A DNA stretch of 64,000 nt from a bacterium (lineage in GTDB: Bacteria > UBA8248): assembly GCA_965207065.1 (NCBI GenBank), contig OZ242260.1:224001-288000 (forward strand), given 5' to 3'. Of the stretch, positions 57,301 through 64,000 are shown piece after piece. A program made the translations under genes and the position numbers. A model generated the notes under the pieces. The model was not told where the DNA came from, made no database searches, and saw nothing but the letters and a program-made list of their open reading frames with translations. How positions within the stretch are numbered: position 1 is the stretch's first letter; each line of letters begins with the position of its first letter.

Positions 57301-58077
57301 ATGGCCCGTAGAATCGTAGATTTAAGCGTTCCCCTTCAAAACGCACCCATGGAGAACAACCCGGCCGCTATCCAATACATAAACCACACCGAACTCGGAC
57401 GCATGCGAGCCAAATCATACAAGTTTCCGGACACCAGTTATTTTCCCGACCACATGCACTGCGCGACCGAAAACATCACGGCCATCAGCACGCACAGCGG
57501 CACGCACCTCGATTCCCCGTACCACTACGGCCCTGAATGCGAGGGGAAACCCTCGAAAACGATCGACCTCGTCCCTCTCGAATGGTGCGTGAGCGATGGG
57601 GTGGTCCTCGATTTTCATGATGCCGAACGCGGACACAACATCACGGTGGAGGAAACGCAGCAGAAGGTGACGGCCCTCGAAGAGAAAGGCTATTCACTCA
57701 AGCCGATGGATATCGTTCTCATTCGGACCGATCACACCACGAAGTATCTCTACACCCCCGATTTTGAACAAACCCACCCCGGCATGAGCGTCGACGCTAC
57801 GGAATGGCTCGTCGATCAGGGGATCAAGGTGATGGGGATAGACGCATGGGGTTTCGACATTCCCGTCTCCAAGATGACAGAACTCAGACGCCAGGGAAAT
57901 ACGAAAGATTTCTTCGGCAGCCATTTCCTGGGACGCAAGAGAGAATACATTCATGCGGAAAAGCTCATGAATCTCGATAAAATCCCCGAATTCGGATTCA
58001 CCGTCTCGATGCTCCCAGTCAATATAGAGCGCGCAAGCGGCGCCTGGTGCCGTGCGGTGGCCATCATCGATGATTAG
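57301..58077 (+). CDS. Cyclase / kynurenine formamidase family protein
   Basis: DLS, HSGTHLDSPYH, HPG, GID, EKLMNL and RAVA motifs. Confidence 0.9.
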   Translation: MARRIVDLSVPLQNAPMENNPAAIQYINHTELGRMRAKSYKFPDTSYFPDHMHCATENITAISTHSGTHLDSPYHYGPECEGKPSKTIDLVPLEWCVSDGVVLDFHDAERGHNITVEETQQKVTALEEKGYSLKPMDIVLIRTDHTTKYLYTPDFEQTHPGMSVDATEWLVDQGIKVMGIDAWGFDIPVSKMTELRRQGNTKDFFGSHFLGRKREYIHAEKLMNLDKIPEFGFTVSMLPVNIERASGAWCRAVAIIDD

Positions 58078-58191
58078 CCTGAATTTCTCCGGGGAGGTAG
58101 AGACCGGCGCAGTGGAGTGACTTCTCGGGAAAATATGATAATATCTCCCGCATACATGACGGTAAGGCAAAGAACCTGGAGGAACAGATTA

Positions 58192-58389
58192 ATGGCTTTC
58201 TATGAGAACGCAGTGAATCAAGAAGTCGTATCGGACGGCCTCATTCGGCGTATGGCGGCCGTCAAGCCGGCCATATTGGCGATCGTTCTCGGCATATTCA
58301 TCCTCTACGGCGTGGGTTTCGCCCAACCCCAACTTTTGCATGACGCCGCCCACGATACCCGCCACGCCTTCGCCTTCCCCTGCCATTAA
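58192..58389 (+). CDS. cbtB: CbtB-family putative cobalt transporter subunit
   Basis: One TM helix followed by GVGFAQ...HDAAHDTRHAFAFPCH; GGAGG RBS. Confidence 0.88.
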   Translation: MAFYENAVNQEVVSDGLIRRMAAVKPAILAIVLGIFILYGVGFAQPQLLHDAAHDTRHAFAFPCH

Positions 58390-58419
58390 TAGGCCTGGCA
58401 GCATATTGCCAGACAAGAG

Positions 58420-58449
58420 ACGGCGCCCCTTCCCGAGGCGCCGTTTTTT
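58420..58449 (+). terminator. Rho-independent terminator after cbtB
   Basis: ACGGCGCC / GGCGCCGT stem followed by a T run. Confidence 0.7.
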
Positions 58450-58463
58450 CTTTGAGGAACCGG

Positions 58464-58814
58464 ATGCCCACAGATAATACCGAACATAGACCTTGGGGGC
58501 ATTTCACCATACTGGCGGATGAGCCGGATCATAAGGTCAAACGTGTTGTCGTTCATCCGGGGCATCGCCTCAGTCTGCAGCGTCACATGCGCAGATTGGA
58601 GCACTGGCACGCCATATCGGGACAGGCCGTCGTCATCCGCGAAGAGGAGGAAATCACGTTTTCCGCCGGCCAGAGCATGGATATCCCGCAAGGTGCATGG
58701 CACCGGATTCAAAACGAAGAAGATTCGCCCTTCGTATTCATCGAGGTGCAGACCGGCGCCTACTTCGGCGAGGACGACGTCGAACGTCGCGAAGATGATT
58801 ACGGAAGAGTTTGA
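58464..58814 (+). CDS. Stand-alone mannose-6-phosphate isomerase type II C-terminal cupin
   Basis: RPWG, VKR, LSLQRH..R.EHW and IEVQTG.Y.GEDD motifs. Confidence 0.88.
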   Translation: MPTDNTEHRPWGHFTILADEPDHKVKRVVVHPGHRLSLQRHMRRLEHWHAISGQAVVIREEEEITFSAGQSMDIPQGAWHRIQNEEDSPFVFIEVQTGAYFGEDDVERREDDYGRV

Positions 58815-58843
58815 TGAGGCATCATTTGGATAACCGGGTAAAA

Positions 58844-58872
58844 AAACACCCCCATCGGTCGCGGGGGTGTTT
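58844..58872. terminator. Hairpin between convergent genes (terminator)
   Basis: AAACACCCCC / GGGGGTGTTT with an A run on the left. Confidence 0.65.
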
Positions 58873-58903
58873 CTGAATCACATGGGGATGCAAACGTTTC
58901 AGC

Positions 58904-60103
58904 CTAGCCTTTGCGAAGCTGCTCCAATGCAGCGGCCAACCGCTCCACGCCTCGCTCGCATTCTTCCGTCGAGCAGGAATATGCGATCCTGAGGTATCCT
59001 TCGCCGCCAAATACCGCGCCGTTGACCGTGGCGATGGCGTGCTCGTTCAATAGGTAGTCCGCCACTTCGCCCGAGGTTTCCCCAAAAACCTTCACGTTCG
59101 GGAACGCGTAAAACGCGCCCGTAGGCTCCGCCAGCGTAACGCCCTCTATGGCGCGCAGGCCTTCTGATATCACACGCCGCCTTTTGTCGAATTCGCGCGT
59201 CATCGCCTCCATGGGCGCCTGATCCTCGAGTACGCCGCGCGCCGCGCCATGCTGGATGAACGTGTTGACGCACACGGTGGTGTATTGCCGGATCTTGAGC
59301 AAGTGGCGGGTAATCTCGGGGCTCGCCACCGTCCAGCCGAGACGCCAGCCGTCCATGCTGTAGAATTTCGAAAAACCGTTGATGATCACCGTGCGTTCCG
59401 CCATGCCGGGCTGTGAAAAAATGCTCGGGGCGCACGGCGCATCGCCGTAATAAATGCGCGCATATATCTCATCGCTCATCACCATGAAATTGCGCTGCAC
59501 CGCCAGTTCGGCGATTTTCGCGAGTTCGGATTCAGGGATCGTGCAGCCTGTGGGATTGCCGGGTGAAGTGAGGCAAACGAGTTTCGTCTTGGGCGTCAAG
59601 ACCGCCTCGATGTCCTCGGCGCGCAACGCGAAATCGTTCTCTTCTTTCGTCATCACCTCGACGGGCACGCCGCCCGCCAACGCCGTGCAGGATTTGTAAT
59701 GATGCCAGTTCGGCTGCGCGATGATCACCTCATCGCCGGGATTCACCAGCGCCAGCATGGAAACCATGATGCCCTCGTTCGCCCCCGCCATAACGATTAC
59801 CTGCGTATCGGGGTTCACCTCCACATCGGTGTCGACTTCCGTCCTGTGCGCAATGCCCTTCCGCAAGGCGGGTACTCCCGTGCTGGGTGCGTAGTGCACG
59901 TCACCGCGTGCGAGGGATTCTGCGGCTCCTTGCTTGATGTGCTCGGGCGTATCGAAATCCGTGCGGCCGATCTGCCAGTGGATAACGTCGCGCCCCTCGC
60001 CTTCCAGTTTCGCCACGGCGTCAAAAACCTTGCGAATGCCCGAGAAAGGAATCTCTTCCAAACGATTCGCACCCACGGCCTGGGAGTCAAAAGCAACTAC
60101 CAT
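58904..60103 (-). CDS. PLP-dependent aminotransferase class I/II
   Basis: SPGNPTG, SDEIY, NGFSKFYSMDGWRLG and GAFY motifs. Confidence 0.92.
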   Translation of the reverse strand: MVVAFDSQAVGANRLEEIPFSGIRKVFDAVAKLEGEGRDVIHWQIGRTDFDTPEHIKQGAAESLARGDVHYAPSTGVPALRKGIAHRTEVDTDVEVNPDTQVIVMAGANEGIMVSMLALVNPGDEVIIAQPNWHHYKSCTALAGGVPVEVMTKEENDFALRAEDIEAVLTPKTKLVCLTSPGNPTGCTIPESELAKIAELAVQRNFMVMSDEIYARIYYGDAPCAPSIFSQPGMAERTVIINGFSKFYSMDGWRLGWTVASPEITRHLLKIRQYTTVCVNTFIQHGAARGVLEDQAPMEAMTREFDKRRRVISEGLRAIEGVTLAEPTGAFYAFPNVKVFGETSGEVADYLLNEHAIATVNGAVFGGEGYLRIAYSCSTEECERGVERLAAALEQLRKG

Positions 60104-60180
60104 CTAAAATCTCCTTGCAAATGAAAATGTCCTTGAAAGTAATAATTACAGAGCACTTCATCCAGCGATTGAAGCCGCCC

Positions 60181-60209
60181 GTTATAGCCCTTGAGACTCC
60201 AAGGCGCAA
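60181..60209 (-). promoter_or_regulatory. Putative sigma70 promoter for the aminotransferase
   Basis: Minus strand TTGCGC-N17-TATAAC. Confidence 0.5.
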
Positions 60210-60384
60210 GAGAGTTTCCTGCTATGGATTTTCAGGGAATCCCGGCCGATATCTACATTCTCAATTCCCATGCGAGGGTATTGAGTCATTGTGAACTGGC
60301 ACGAGGCTCAGATGACGTCGACCAGTCTGGAATTCTCATGGGCGTGGCCGTAACTTTGATGACTCAGTCGACCGACCTTCGCGC

Positions 60385-61173
60385 CTACAGCAAATCCCCT
60401 TGCAGGACGGTCACGGCCTTGCCTCCCAGAATAATGCGGTCTCCAAGGATCCTCATACGCACCACCCCGCCTCTCGTGGATGCCTGGTAAGCGTTAAGTT
60501 CTTCTTTTTTAAGGCGCTCCGCCCAGAATGGCCCCAGGCAGCAGTGGGCGGAACCCGTCACCGGGTCTTCGTTCACACCCAGCCCTGGAGCGAAAAATCG
60601 AGAGACGAAATCATATTCAGGGTCATCGGATCGCGCCGTAACGATGCAGCCGCGCATGGGAACGTTCTCGAGAACTTGAAAATCAGGAACCAGAGACCTG
60701 ATCGCCGCCTCGGAATCGGCTTCCACCAGATAATCGAACTCGCTTTTCCCCACATAGCGGGGCATAAGGCCGAGGCCCTCCACCAGGGCGTCAGGGGGCG
60801 CTGCGGGCGATTCCCGGCTTATGGGGAAATTCATTTCTATCCATTCGTCATTCTGCTCACAGGTCAAAACCCCGCTTTTCGTGTGGAAGATGACCGTCTC
60901 GTCAGAACCGAGATGTCCTCCTTCCCAGAGTACATGGGCGCTCGCAAGCGTAGCGTGTCCGCAAAGGTCCACCTCGCTCAAGGGCGTGAACCAGCGCAGG
61001 CCGTAGCCATCTTCTTGTTTCAACACGAAAGCGGTTTCAGAGAGATTCATCTCCGCCGCCACACGCTGCATCCACTCTGCGTCCACTTGCGCCGGCAGAA
61101 TGCATACAGCGGCCGGATTACCCGAAAAGGGCGTATCGGTAAACGCATCCACCTGTACGACGGGAAATGACAT
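60385..61173 (-). CDS. PhzF family isomerase/epimerase
   Basis: VDAFT...GNPAAV, NLSETAF, EVDLCGHATLA and EDPVTGSA motifs. The start could be 61218. Confidence 0.92.
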   Translation of the reverse strand: MSFPVVQVDAFTDTPFSGNPAAVCILPAQVDAEWMQRVAAEMNLSETAFVLKQEDGYGLRWFTPLSEVDLCGHATLASAHVLWEGGHLGSDETVIFHTKSGVLTCEQNDEWIEMNFPISRESPAAPPDALVEGLGLMPRYVGKSEFDYLVEADSEAAIRSLVPDFQVLENVPMRGCIVTARSDDPEYDFVSRFFAPGLGVNEDPVTGSAHCCLGPFWAERLKKEELNAYQASTRGGVVRMRILGDRIILGGKAVTVLQGDLL

Positions 61174-61198
61174 TAGAGGATCTCTAGAAAATATTGAT

Positions 61199-61669
61199 TC
61201 AGATGCGTTTGACGACATCGCCTCCGCGAATGGAACCCTCGCTTATAACTTGAGCATTCAGTCCCGAGCGATTGATGAGCGCGTCGTGCAGGCCCTCTAT
61301 CCCCAGCAAATTCTCGAAATACTTGCATGGCTCGTTCAGGCGAACGCCGCGCATCTTCACACCACCCACTTGAAATTCAGCCCCCACCAGGTGATTGAGC
61401 GGAACGCCTCGCGTCACGATGTTTCGCCTGCTCTGGCCCACGTCGAGTTTGATATCGTGGTCGCGCGCAAGCGCTTCGATGGCCTCGATTTCGATGAACG
61501 TCACTTCACGATCGGGCCCCTGCTTCTTGGAATACGTGCCCACGCCCTCGGCGTAGCGATCTCCGGCCAGGCCGGACCCTATGACAGCCTGCGCCTGGGC
61601 GACCTCCATCATGGGTTCGCCGCCCACCGAGGCGATGTGAACCGAGACTACCTCGCCCTCGAAAGTCAT
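61199..61669 (-). CDS. MOSC domain protein
   Basis: GLAGDRY, R.VT, RRNIVTRG, EPC and RSGL.AQV...G.I..GD motifs; start at ATG 61669, overlapping the upstream stop. Confidence 0.88.
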   Translation of the reverse strand: MTFEGEVVSVHIASVGGEPMMEVAQAQAVIGSGLAGDRYAEGVGTYSKKQGPDREVTFIEIEAIEALARDHDIKLDVGQSRRNIVTRGVPLNHLVGAEFQVGGVKMRGVRLNEPCKYFENLLGIEGLHDALINRSGLNAQVISEGSIRGGDVVKRI

Positions 61670-61908
61670 GCTTTTACATGCTCTTGGAGTAGATTGACCG
61701 CTTCTTCTTCCGTGGGGAAATTGCCCGAATCGAGTTTCGACCATAAAAGATCACCATCGAGCACCAGTTCGAAGGAGCCGACGCGAAAATTTCCATCCTC
61801 GTTTCCGGCGATTTCCAGGTCCGGGAAATGTTGTTTCAGATCCTGAGCCAACTGCTCATAGCGTGGCCCGTAGTTTCACTTTTCGCAGTATTCAACGTGA
61901 AGTTTCAT
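61666..61908 (-). CDS. SelW/SelT/SelH (Rdx) family selenoprotein (CxxU; Sec at TGA 61878-61876), 80 aa
   Basis: MKLHVEYCEK-U-NYGPRYEQLAQDL...GSFELVLDGDLLWSKL..G.FP. The in-frame TGA is codon 11. A GGAG RBS lies upstream. Confidence 0.9.
61844..61858 (-). promoter_or_regulatory. Putative bacterial SECIS hairpin
   Basis: Minus strand TGAGC-AGTTG-GCTCA. The loop follows the UGA after 22 nt and has G at loop position 2. Confidence 0.55.
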
Positions 61909-62118
61909 TCGTCTTTTCTCCCGCATGAAATATATAGTTGGCGAGCATCTGCATCATAGAAGAATTCCGGCTTGAGGAGAAGGTGGAGGGGATGAAAATC
62001 CTGAAAATTGACGATTCGGGCATCCATAACAACCATAAAACCCTTGCGCGGCTTGACTATTTGGCCCGCACGAGAGAAAAATCACCCCGATTTCCGAAGA
62101 AAACTTGAAGGAGGAGAA

Positions 62119-63522
62119 ATGGCTGGTATTACACGTGTGGGAGCATATATACCCTTTCATCGCCTGGATGGAGAGACCGTGCGGTCCGTTTGGGGAACCG
62201 GCAACCGAAGGGCTTCACGCCCGCTGGCCGGTTTCGACGAGGACCCCATCACCATGGGAGTGGAGGCGCTGATCAACGCGGCGGGCTGGGGCGATTCCGA
62301 GGTCGATTCCCTCTATTTCGCCTCAACGACCCACCCATACGCCGAAAAATCAAACGCTTCCGTTCTCGCCGCGGCGGCCGATCTGCCCGAAACACTCTTC
62401 ACCCTGGATGCGGGCGGCTCGGTGCGCGCGGGCACGTCCGCGCTCAAGGCCGCGTGTGACGCCATCGAAGCAGGTTCCTCCAAATCGGCGGCCGTGGTGG
62501 CGGCGGAGAAAAGGCCCGCGCTGCCGGGAAGTCCCGATGAATTAAGCCTTTGCGACGGCGCGGCGGCCGTGCTGCTCGGCAAGGGAGAGGACGTCGCCGC
62601 CGAGATCGAGGCGGTTTATTCATGGTCCGAGGATTTCATCGACAGGTGGCGTCTGCCCGGCGAGGGAGCCGTCTCCGCCGGTGACGCCAAGTTCATCCAG
62701 GATTACGGCTACGTGCGCCAGAGCGTCGCCACCGTCGAGGGACTGCTCCGCCAGACAGGGGCCACGAGAGAGGACATCGCGCGCGTACTCGTCTACGCCC
62801 CCGACGCCCGCACCCACGCCGCAATCGCCCGGAAACTGGGCTTTCCCGACTCGGCCTATCCCGAAAGCCCCCTCATCGCGCGCCTCGGGGATTCCGGAGC
62901 GGCCGCGCCTCTGCTCTCCCTCGTCGATGCGCTCCAGAGCGCGGAACCAGGCGAGCACATCATCGTCGCGGGTCACGGGAGCGGGGGGGAAGCCATCCTG
63001 CTGCGGGCGACGGACAAGGTCCATTCCCTGAGGACGCAGCGAGGAGTCGGCTGGTCCGTGGAGCGCGCGCGCGCCATCCCGAACTATGGACAATGGTTGA
63101 AATTCAATGGGTTATCACCCGAGGAGGAAATCAAGCCCTTCACCTCGCCCAGCATCCTGTGGAAGGAAAACCGGGCGACCATGCGCCTTATGGCCGGGGT
63201 TTGCCGCTCGTGCGGGGAGCTTCAGTATCCCCGCCAGCAGGTCTGCAACGCCTGCGGGGCGCGGGATGAGTGGGATGAGCGGAAACTGGGCCGCCGGGGC
63301 AAAATCTTCACCTTCATCCATGACTACCTGCCCCCATCGCCGGAGGGCTTCATCACCATGGCCACGGTGGAGCTAGAGGGCGGTGGACGCTTTTACGGCC
63401 AGATGACGAGCCAGGTGAAAGACGAGGTCCACATCGGAATGGAGTGCGAACTCACTTTCAGGCTTCTCCATCAGGGCGATGGGTATTATAATTACTTCTG
63501 GAAACTGCGCCCCGCCGGATAG
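62119..63522 (+). CDS. HMG-CoA-synthase/FabH-like domain fused to a DUF35 Zn-ribbon/OB-fold domain
   Basis: GAYIPFHRL, DEDPITM and DGAAA in the N-part; CRSC...CNAC, GKIFTF and YFWK at the C-terminus; GGAGG RBS. Confidence 0.85.
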   Translation: MAGITRVGAYIPFHRLDGETVRSVWGTGNRRASRPLAGFDEDPITMGVEALINAAGWGDSEVDSLYFASTTHPYAEKSNASVLAAAADLPETLFTLDAGGSVRAGTSALKAACDAIEAGSSKSAAVVAAEKRPALPGSPDELSLCDGAAAVLLGKGEDVAAEIEAVYSWSEDFIDRWRLPGEGAVSAGDAKFIQDYGYVRQSVATVEGLLRQTGATREDIARVLVYAPDARTHAAIARKLGFPDSAYPESPLIARLGDSGAAAPLLSLVDALQSAEPGEHIIVAGHGSGGEAILLRATDKVHSLRTQRGVGWSVERARAIPNYGQWLKFNGLSPEEEIKPFTSPSILWKENRATMRLMAGVCRSCGELQYPRQQVCNACGARDEWDERKLGRRGKIFTFIHDYLPPSPEGFITMATVELEGGGRFYGQMTSQVKDEVHIGMECELTFRLLHQGDGYYNYFWKLRPAG

Positions 63523-63569
63523 GGCTTTATATTTTCCGAAGAAAGACATCTTTTTTCAAGGAGTTGGCC

Positions 63570-64000
63570 ATGAGCGGAACCATCGCCGGAAAAGTCGCCA
63601 TCATCGGCGCGGGCATCACGAAATTCGGAGAACTCTTCGAGCAAAGCTATAACGACCTCGTGGTGGAAGCCGCCTACGAGGCCTATGAGGATGCCGGCGT
63701 GAGCGGCGAGGACATCGAAGCCGCATGGCTGGGCACGTATCTGCCGCTCGGCTGGGGCTTCGACGGCACGGGCGGACCCTCGCTCGCCGAGGCGCTCAAC
63801 CTCTACCCCAAGCCCGTCTCGCGGGTCTCGAACTACTGCACGACGGGCATGGAGGCCGTCCGCATGGCGGCGATGGCCGTCGCCTCAGGGATGCACGACG
63901 TCGTACTGGCCGTCGGCGCCGAGAAGATGCGCGAGGTCCCGCCCCGGGGCAGCCTTGTCGCGCAACACGTTGAAAAACTTCATCCTATGTACTCGAAGGG
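63570..64000 (+). CDS. Thiolase / acetyl-CoA acetyltransferase (SCP2/PhlC type), runs off the window
   Basis: Manual translation gives MSGTIAGKVAIIGAGITKFGE...VSNYCTTGMEAVR...VGAEKM; AAGGAG RBS. Confidence 0.88.
   Translation, partial: MSGTIAGKVAIIGAGITKFGELFEQSYNDLVVEAAYEAYEDAGVSGEDIEAAWLGTYLPLGWGFDGTGGPSLAEALNLYPKPVSRVSNYCTTGMEAVRMAAMAVASGMHDVVLAVGAEKMREVPPRGSLVAQHVEKLHPMYSK

Noticed and set aside
58396-58409. Sigma54 promoter TGGCAGCATATTGC (and TGGCGGAATTGC upstream of amtB)
   Set aside because: GG-to-GC spacing is shorter than the required 10 nt.

Overview
This is a GC-rich bacterial chromosomal window with about 55 protein genes and one tRNA. No rRNA, CRISPR array, integrase or transposase was found. 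(1) 1-26.4 kb is a catabolic and transport region (GGT, ABC and TRAP/TAXI binding proteins, hydrolases, oxidoreductases, sulfatase, MBL-fold enzymes) interrupted by toxin-antitoxin modules and several families of REP/MITE-like palindromic repeats. (2) 26.5-45.6 kb is a surface-glycan cluster that looks less GC-rich by eye. It holds two AsnB-type amidotransferases, glycosyltransferases, two O-antigen-ligase-like proteins, an ABC flippase-like exporter, a NeuA-NeuB fusion, a GT2-cytidylyltransferase fusion, a LarA-family racemase/epimerase and a LIC12162-like protein, and it ends at tRNA-Glu(TTC). (3) 45.9-64 kb is a mixed region with a large di-heme cytochrome c peroxidase-like gene coupled to a PhnDCE-like ABC transporter behind a DtxR/MntR-type palindrome, amtB-glnK, cbtB, a SelW-MOSC-PhzF operon, and a HMG-CoA-synthase-like/DUF35 fusion followed by a thiolase. 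The ORF track misses two probable selenoproteins: an AhpD-like protein (CAYU) and a SelW/Rdx protein (CEKU). Each has an in-frame TGA, a downstream SECIS-like hairpin and an ATGA overlap with the next gene. The best candidates for undescribed systems are the di-heme protein + PhnDCE operon, the LarA homolog inside a nonulosonic-acid operon that lacks neuC, and the selenoprotein-led operons. All calls come from motif recognition by eye; no database searches were run.
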